NCBI GenBank assembly: GCA_964035545.1
Contig: OZ037765.1
Location: 5,342,698-5,406,697, forward strand
From: Bugula neritina
Lineage: Eukaryota; Animalia; Bryozoa
Direction of reading: 5' to 3'
Length of the DNA: 64,000 bases
Part shown: positions 54,672-64,000 of the stretch, piece by piece
Position numbering within the stretch: position 1 is the stretch's first letter
How the letters are laid out: every line of letters starts with the position of its first letter
Position numbers and translations under genes: made by a program
The notes under the pieces: model-generated
What the model saw: the letters and a program-made list of their open reading frames with translations, nothing else
Told to the model about the DNA's origin: nothing
Databases searched by the model: none

Positions 54672-55635
54672 TAACAATAGGTGTACAAGATTTATAGACA
54701 ATTGAATTAGTGTTAGCTCGAGCTTCAAGAACTTACCGCCAGGGATATTTTACAAAATAGATGTTAATTGGTATTGGAGGTGTATTTTACCAAAATTAGC
54801 TAGCTGACCTGATTTACTGGGTTACACTTAAAGTTACATCACAAAAAGGGTCATAGTACAATAAAAAAAATAGCAAGAAGGCTTGAAAAGATTGCATTTC
54901 GTCTTTTTAAAATAACTGGCAACAGTTTCGTAGTTCGGTGTACATAAAGTTAGTGCATAGTTAAGCTCTTAACTTTTCGACTCTGACCCCTAAGTTTGTG
55001 ATGACTGAATAGAGACAAAGAATCTTGTAGACTATTATCAATCATGGGTCAGGTTACACATGTATCTGTATGTTTATTTCTAGCTAACTGTTTAACTTTT
55101 ACTTGTTTAATGTTGTTGCTCAATGATAATCAATTGCTCAATGGGATATTATATGTTTTATAAGCTGAGTTTATTTTTATTTCAGTTTCATTTTAAGCCT
55201 TTTATTTTTTTATTGTATGAAATGCAAGCTGCAGCTTTTATTTTAATAAACATTGTTTATATAGTTATTGTCAAAAATTTGCTCAAATTAATTTTCTTTT
55301 GTATTTAAATACATGTATAAATATATTTCAACAGCATGTTTATATATATGTATGATTATAATATATATGTATCAGCATTAAAGAAGAGTAACTTAGCCTA
55401 TATTTTCAAAAGCATAAAGTTGTTTAACCTTGATTAAGCTACATTGCTAGCAGAAAAGCTTACAAAGAAAAATTAGCATTTATATTCACTAAGTGATTAG
55501 TGGCTAGATTACACAGGTTTTAATTGCAACAATACATATAATATGATAGAAGAAGATTCTAAGAAAACGTATGAATGTCGACATAAAAATATTAAAATCA
55601 TAGACAATAACTTAGCAATGAATTTAGCGGAGAAG

Positions 55636-58540
55636 TTATTTTAACAAAAGTTTAATAGCATTAGTTTCTGCACATTCGTAGTAAGTTTGTCCATTGTGTG
55701 TTCTATTTTTGTCAGCACCCTACAAAACCAAACAGCCAATAGTAGAGTTAAGGGAGCAAAGACAGTGAACTGTAGTGATTTAATTCTGGCAAAATTAAAA
55801 ACTTGTGAATATAAAAGAAAAAATGGTGTAATTAAAATGATGCAAGTGGAGTTAGTGAAATAAAGTGAGGTAATCCTATAATTTCAAATAAAATTTCCCA
55901 TAAAAACATGATATTTAGATTTGATTCGACATAAAAATTGGTTTTGATTCTAGAATAACACAAAAGAAAACAACTCCAAAAATACTGCAATGTCACTTGA
56001 TGAACTATTATTACTCTTTATCACCAAATTTATATTCCCTTATTACTGCTCAAACATTGTGAAGTGGAAATAAAGGAGCAATTAAATAAGTAACAGACAG
56101 TAACACAAGAGCAGTTTGAAGGAACTCTAATTGTGTGAAGTTTATTGCATGTGAGAAGGTTTATGTAAATAAAGAATTGATGGGAAGGTTGATAACACTA
56201 AACCTAATAGCTGCACCTCAACTGATGGGAAATAGATAGCATAGCAAGTAAACATGATATTCTAGCGTTTGTAGTCAAACAGTGCATGTAAAGGTATAGA
56301 ACAAATCACTCCTTCAAAGCTATTTGAACATTATATAGTTTTTTCAACAAGTTTTTATTGTTAAAACAAACGCTGTGAAAAGTAGCTCCTTCTGCTGTTT
56401 ATTACAGCTCTCGGTTTAACTCTCCATATAAGTAAATTTCCAATAATAACCTGTTGTCTTCATCACGCAAGGTCTAGCCAGTGCAGTGTCCTATATATAG
56501 CACAGTCACAAGCTATCTAAATAATTTAGCTAATGAAAAGATGGACATTAATAGACCAACGCACCTTCTCCAATAGCAAGGCTACGCACTTTTCATGACC
56601 TTCGTATATTGCACTTAACAGTGGCGTGATGCCATATTTGTCCTCCGCCTGGAAGTAATATGATAAATACTGCACAAACATTGTGTACATTACGGACTAA
56701 GACTGGATTTGATTTAAACCAAAAGTACTCAATCATGAGGTATAAAACTTCTAAATTTGCTAACCCATATCTGTTGCGAAAATAAACCCCGAAGCTGTAC
56801 ACAGGCTAAATAAATCTAGTATATGCAACAGTCGCTGTTCTTTAGAGTACAGAGGAGGTAAAAATTAAAAATGTGTTTTTATATTTCAAAAAGGTGTCAT
56901 TCTACTGAAATAAAGCTTTTACAAAAACAAAGATAATTTATTAAATATCTAGTGTCACTAAGTACATGTTGTGATCATTAGAAATTGCTTTGATTTACTG
57001 ACTCATCCCAACACAATGTTTCTACACTGTAGACATGTATATATTCTACAACATATGGAGCAGAAATGGCCAAACACCTCTTATTGATATAGAAATCAAT
57101 TTTATACAATGCACTCAAAAATTTACCTTTGCTTGCTAAAACCATAAAATTGATTTGTCTTGGGCATATAATATTTTCATAACATTTGAAAAAATGGCAG
57201 ACGTCTTTAAGCTGCACTAAACTCAGTAAAGGAGCATATATTTGCGACTAGGAAATAAAGTTTATTATTCTAGTCAGCATACGAATAGCTGACTATTACT
57301 ATACTTACATTAATATCGGCTCCCTGAGAAATAAGGTACTCCAACACCTCTAGCTGTCCATAATCGGCAGCAAAATGCAACGGATACCGACTGTCTAGCA
57401 TCTCATTGACATCAGTGCCCTTTAATAATATTATATTGCATGAAAAGAGCAGTAGATGAATGGAATTACATTAACATTTAATGCAGTAGCTCTATTTCAA
57501 CTCTTTAAATAGAAAAACCATTTAGCCAAGTAGTTCCATAAGCTGATTATAAAAGATGAATATGCCAATGTCTAACCCTTGTTGTAGCTGAGTTTGTGCA
57601 AGTCACACCAGCTTTGAATGTTTCCTCGTTTACTAGGCTAGTTAAAAAAGACGATTTAGAAATTTATTTTTAATGCCAACTCAAAATTCATAAAAACAAG
57701 TAAACAAAGTTATATTTGCGGTTGAGAAAGAATTTAATGGATGTAGCAAAGCAAATCTTGACACAAATATTAACTAAAATTTCAACACAAAGCAACTGTT
57801 GAAACGACGATAAAAAAGTAAAATCAACAGCCAATTACTAACTTTACTCATTGTCACAACTAATAGAACCTATACTATAGGGTTTATTTCACTAGAGTAT
57901 TAGAGTTCACTAAAAATGCCAAAAGTTCACACACAAAAACACAAGATGAAATTAATTTTAAGGGCCATTTAACAAAATTTAACAATTAAATTTAAAAATT
58001 AATATATCTTTTGAACATGAAAATCATCTTCAATAGAAATTTTTAATCATACATATAATTATATACTCTCTTACTAATAAATAACCTAATAATATCATAA
58101 ATTTAAAGTAATTACCAATTTAGTTTAAAAGAAAAATAACTTTAACAGCTTTATAAGTATGATCAAAATAATAGCCATTTAGTCTATTGACTATTTTGAT
58201 GATCATGTTAACTGTGTCATCCCAGATAGACGCTTCCCAGTTAGACTTGGACGCTACTGCTAGGCTAAATTTCCACTTGGACGCTTCCCACATGGACGCT
58301 TCCCAGATCTCAGACTTACTCTTAGTCATACTGATACAGTCATACTGATAGTGATACTCATAGTCATAGTGAATCATAGTCATACTCATACTGTCATAGT
58401 GATAGTGATACTGATACTCATACTCATACTGATACTGATAGACATAGTTGAGTGATAGTCATACTGATACTTACATTTTCCACCAAGTTTTTCACGGCAT
58501 TAAGATCACCATTTTTTACACTCCACGCCAACCCAGACAT
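55636..58540 (-). CDS. MTPN: Myotrophin (V-1), small ankyrin-repeat inhibitor of capping protein
   Basis: Exons 58475-58540, ~57309-57419, 56565-56648, 55636-55719: [17 protein letters not shown]...[57 protein letters not shown]...AIKLLLK*. Confidence 0.96.
58322..58470. repeat. Hexamer array (ATACTG/ATAGTG/ATACTC/ATAGTC) at the start of MTPN intron 1
   Basis: Directly visible; begins immediately after the donor. Confidence 0.9.
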
Positions 58541-61500
58541 TCTACTAAAATTACTGTGAAAAGGCTGCAGGTAGGCCTTTAGCTCACTTGGTGCAATTTA
58601 CTTAAATTTGGACACTAGGTCTAGCACTAGCAGTCAAGAAGAAACAAAGTCAAATGTTTCCGGAAACAAAAACGATGTCCTTGACATATGGTGTTGAGCT
58701 CTGTAGTCGCTTTTGTGGAAATCATCATTGTATATTGAAATTTCGATTTTTGCACATGGTACAAGAAACACTTACGCTAAGTTAATTTTAATACCTTAAG
58801 AGTTATCCTTTCTTGTGATTTGACCGATGATTGAATTTATGAGGTAACTCCAATGGCTTCATTATTATAATTGTCAACATAATTGCACTAAAACAGGTGT
58901 CATACCTAGCAAATCTTGCACCATAAAAATAAGAATTCTGCTTTTATAATGAAACTGTTGTCAAACTTTAAAAAATGTTTTGGACTTGAGACTTTCTACA
59001 AGAAGATTAACTATTTTTTACAGGTTATTGTTTGCATGTAATATATAGAAATATAATATGAAATAGGAGAAAAAGTTTCTGAACACAATATTTTAAAGTT
59101 CATTTGCATTAATATAAGGTAATCAACAATTATTAGTTTATGTTTATGCTTTTACAAGTTTTAGTTGGTTAGGACTGTAAACATTTAATTTTGAAGTCAA
59201 TTTTGAAGCATCTCCACATTAATGATTAGCTTCCCTAGCTGTAAATTTTACTTGTTACAAACAACTGAGAGAAAAACAGAAAAAAATGATTTCTCAGACT
59301 TGAAAAATCCAAATACCAGTTCCTTGTCAGTTTTAGGTTTTAATTATTTGCACGACTTCTAGTGGCCACATTTAATATTATAAGACTATGTAATATGATA
59401 TTTTATGAAGAAAAAACTAGCCATTAATTATATAGCAACATATTATGTATAATATATCTATACGCTTTATTTGCTATGTCCCCAGTGACAAAAATCTTTA
59501 AAAGCATTGCATTGCAGGTAAGCTCTGAAGCCTAGTTACCAGCTTGTTGCTATTTTTACTAAACCAATGCTTTTGTATCAATGATATTTATACAACTTAT
59601 TATAAAAAATTGAAAATGTACGGCATTCTAATGACAACGAAATATTTTCAGTAGTGCCATCTATATTCTATACTATATATCTACACTGTGGATGCAGAAA
59701 GAACTAGTTGCAGTCCGTAGTTAGAGGTGGGTGTGTCCTATTGCTCTAAATCCTTATACCTTTACTCCAATCAAAATTCAGAACAGATCAAGTTGACATG
59801 CAATTTATGCTCTAACTAGCAACTACAAACAGAAAATACCTATAAGTTTTTAGGACTTATCCAGCAAGCTATTTGAACAATTCTATCCGTTGGACTCAGT
59901 TAAAGAAGAGCTTAATTTTATAACACATAGATTTATTTTCTTGGTCTAACGCCAATGCATACAGGAATGTTGTTTAATTAACGTTGAGCTGCACACTAGC
60001 TATTTTAATCATGTAACCAAACAAATTACCTAACCCCTTAGTGGTAGTGTACACGAATACACGAGTGTATTAAGTCAGCAGGTATAAAGTATCTTTTGTT
60101 TACCTATTTGTTTGCTGTGCACGACATAATTGTATGAGCTTATGAGTAATGATAGATTCACAAAAGACCAAGTAATTGTAAGCATTGCCAGCCTTAATAA
60201 ATCAATAACATGACACAACTAGTCTGAAGTGACAATAGACGAGGGAGTTAGTTCTCTACTAGTACTTTACCTGGAAGTATGAGGCGTGATGTACCAGCTA
60301 AACTCTATTACAAGTACGTTATCTTATATTATTTACTTGGGGGTTATTTCTTACCTAAACAACTGTATAGTCCTGCAGAGGTAACCGTTGGTTACATGAT
60401 TCTTGCATTTATTTTAATTTCTTAACATAATGTTTAAGTAGTTACACTAAAAAGTTTAAATAAAGGAGACTTATAATTCAGGAATTTATTTAAATTTTTT
60501 TTATAGGGTAGTATGATTCTTAAGTAGCTATGCTCTAAAGTTTGGCTATAAGAGCAGTTGGGAAAGTTGTGTGCAATAGACTATAATTATTAGGAGCTCC
60601 AAAGAAAGAAAGATTTACAATAACTGAAACTTTGAATTTGACAATTTTCAACATTGCATTTACCTTCACCTTTGTGCATAAGATTTGAATATAGATTTTA
60701 AACACTTTGAATGCAACCAATGCGCATAAGGGAATAAGTACCATTATTACTATAGTTATATCAAAAGCAACCATCAAACCCCTACTTTAAACTTATTTAT
60801 CATGACACTGCTAGCTTAACATTTTGATGATGTAATAAGACACCCAAGTGCAGCACAAGCTGACTTGAAGTGTAGTCTATTTTCAGACAGCCTAAGTGCT
60901 AAAGACTTTGCCATTTAATGTCATACCACCTGTATATAAAACCTACTGCTGTTGCAGCTTACTAGTTCAATTTGTAGCAAACTATAAGTGGCAGCGATAA
61001 GAAACTATTAGGTTTTGTTTACCAACTCAACTTGTATTACTTTATCATTGCTGCCGCTAGGTTTATGTGTCAAATTAGATTGCTATTACTTGGCAACAGT
61101 CAACACTCTCAGAGTTTCTTATGCAGTTTCTTTAAATACATTATCACCTTATGTCAAGTAAGTCTCATTTGATTATATAATGTTTATACCTGAACAACTA
61201 ATAGGTTACTTATAGTCAGCAGTGGCTAGCTGACTTACAGGTTAAGCATATCTTTATAATACAGTAGTTTTATTTTGAGCTTCCTGCATTGTACAGCTAT
61301 TTATGGATATTTATACACAACATATCTTTGTGTTTTAAAAGTTGCTGCAATAATTGTATAGCGCCTGGGGTGAGTAAATGTTTTTGTGATACTTTTTAGT
61401 ATATATAAATAGTTCAACTGCTCTTGAAAGAAAGTAAAACACTAAACATAAATTTGAAGCCCAAAATCATAGCAGAATCTACATCTTTATACACTTGCAT

Positions 61501-62992
61501 CATGCCTCATGGTGCCCTGCCTATTATTCATTACAGCAAACAGTAACATGTATTATATTACCTTTCAACATTTCTAGGCTGTAGAAAAGCAAATATTATG
61601 TTTAGTTTGAAACTATAATACTATGGTTTAAAGTTTAAACAGTGCTAGTTTGCAGAGTAAGTCTCGTGGGACAGGGCATCTGGTGATGATCTTCTGTGGT
61701 GATATTATGATTGTTCACTTGTTAGTTTTCAAATGAAATCATTCGGTCTAAATTATTGTTCTTGAAACAATGACATTAGCAATTAGCCAATAGCTTGGCA
61801 TTTTTTAGTATGTTTAAGCCACAAAGTGAGCAATCCTCTATGGATGTGCAGATCATTGATTACTTCATAAGAGATACGTAAACTTGCACACGAACAATAT
61901 TAGAGAGTTAAAAGTGTTGCAAAACTACATGCAATCAAAAGATTGAAAATATTTTAGGCAAGTAGTTTAAGGATATAACTTATAAGTGACGATGTAGGTA
62001 TTAGCTTAAATAACTTGAATGATTCATTATTTTTAGTATAATGTATTTTAACTGCAAATATAAGGCATCTGGTTTACTTTTAATTGTGCAATAGATGTTT
62101 ACTAAAGTATTGGGTGTATAGCATTATATGCTTTATCTTGTGTCTGTTTTCAGCAACTACTGCTGCTATGGTATGATATTATAATTACTTTTTGACAATT
62201 AGTTGAAAAGCGCATTTATTTTTGCTTAAAAAGGCTAAGCTTGTAATTGTGTCTATATAGGTGACCAAACATATTGCATTTTATATGATAGTATTTTCTC
62301 CTCTCTTAATCATTTTTTCATTTCAAGGCATGTAATGGGAGAGAAGGGACTTTGTAAAGGAACTTCTTCCTGTCAATGGATAATCTTTTGCCTAAGAATT
62401 CTTTATAGAAAGACCAACCACTGCATGCAGTTTTTTCAATGCAGCGGCTTATCTTTGAATGCTCTTTACTGCTTCCCACGCTTATCATTTTATAACAAAA
62501 TAGTTATTAATTAGTCTCTAAATTTACCAGATTTGACAACATTTTTCTTTATATTTTCTAAAAATACACTCCTTTTTAATACCCTGTTTCATTCTCCAGA
62601 CTCATTGTTCTATTTAAGCTGGCCCGTTGCACCTTTTTACTGTAAACTTATGTTTTTATAGTGCATTATAACATGCATATATTGTATAACATATATTATA
62701 CATAATATATGTTATATAATATATGTATGTTATGCACTATTGACTATAGAACTAGAAGGAAAAAGAGGGAAAAGAAGGGAAAATATTTTACTTTCAATTT
62801 AATGTTACTTAAGCTTTCTTATCCGAGAAAACATTTGACATTTCTTTGTAGCTTCGCTTTCTTGTCTGCAAGCTGTATATTAGCTAGCAAACCTTAATCT
62901 ACTATAATTAAGACATGTTAAGTACTCTTGTACTAATGGCTAATGTAATATAGTTTCTATATGTTGTAGTATTGAGTACAGAATCATAACTA

Positions 62993-63157
62993 ATGGAATG
63001 TAGAAAAGGACCAATACCTATAGTAGCTCTACATCTTCAAATACAAGGTCAACAAGCAAAAGCCTTGCAAGAGGTGCTAGATAGATTAATTTCTACTTCA
63101 AGTGATCGCAGTTTGTTGATGAAATGTGATGGCCAAAAGCTATATTCTCATCCTACA
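62993..63157 (+). CDS. Probable first coding exon of a BTB/POZ-domain protein, continuing beyond the window
   Basis: QAKALQEVLDRLISTSSDRSLLMKCDGQKLYSHPT followed by GTAAGT; resembles a BTB N-terminus (D..L.CDG....H). Confidence 0.55.
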
Positions 63158-64000
63158 GTAAGTTTATTACACAAAATGAGTGCTAAATCACCATTAGATA
63201 ACAGCATACATATACTATCACTATGCAAGCACAACACTCAAAAATTATAAAAAATATTATATTGGTTTGTATGCAACACTATGCATAAACATCAACAATA
63301 TTTTTGTGGTTTGCTCAGCAAATATTTCAATTTGAAAGTTCCTTAAAAATTGTTTAGTAGATAGAAAAGTCAACCCCCAGTGGTGTCTGTTTATAGCATT
63401 CAGTCTAACTTCTAACAAACTCTTTTAAGTTACATTTTTATAAATATAGCAACAATAAAAACATGTGGAAATAACTCCTAGTACAATTGTATCAGAGGCA
63501 CACACATTGCTTAGCTTGCCAAGAGCTAAGGCTAATAATTCCTGCATTTCTGCTAACTAAGACTACCTAAAATGCATTGCCGGATTGCTGTTAAAAGCAG
63601 TACATTTATTCCGTGGGGTTTCATTTTAGAATTTGAGCTTGAATATATAAGGTTTTGCTTGCTCACTAAGTTATCATGAGTTGAAGCGAGTAAAGCCACG
63701 CCTAAATTATTGTTCAATGAATGTTCAACTGTGGCATACATTCCCAAAAGGCATAATAGTGTATTAATAATTAAATAGTATATTGTTTATATGGTCATTT
63801 TAAATACTGCAATATAAAGTAGAATGTATAGAAGCATTCAAAGCAAAGTAGAAAGCAGAATTGTCATTTCACAATTATTTTAATATATTAGCATCATTGT
63901 AAAAAATGCAATAGATTTTTCTTGAAGAAATGTTTTGAAAATAAGTTAAATATATAATGAAATTTCCTGTTAATTACAGTTTAATTTACTTTGCATGCTT

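Noticed and set aside
58850-62960. Hidden gene in the 4-kb AT-rich stretch
   Set aside because: No convincing coding exons; probably 5'-UTR introns of the BTB gene.

Overview
This is AT-rich, intron-dense animal (invertebrate) genomic DNA, not prokaryotic, so most ORF-track entries are single exons or artefacts. I reconstructed the genes by hand from GT-AG sites and reading phase; names come from remembered family motifs, not database searches. Genes in order: NOC3L (-, runs off the left edge), an unidentified ~410-aa protein with putative NLSs (-), CHEK2 (-), NCOA4 (+), an unidentified 233-aa single-pass membrane protein (-), IK/RED (-), MORN1 (+), a THEG-repeat protein (+), myotrophin MTPN (-) and the first coding exon of a probable BTB protein (+). 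Mobile DNA: a 5'-truncated RTE LINE with an 11-bp TSD, a CAC-ended GATC-rich MITE with 3-bp TSD (776-bp and 64-bp copies), a Mutator-like foldback and a ~160-bp MITE family. Two patterns are not explained by these features. (1) The exact 17-mer ATACTGATAGTGATACT, embedded in hexamer-phased low-complexity DNA, lies in the first intron of five genes in either orientation; I did not see it elsewhere. (2) Tandem repeats repeatedly abut or duplicate splice sites, including a NOC3L acceptor present as 16 tandem copies.
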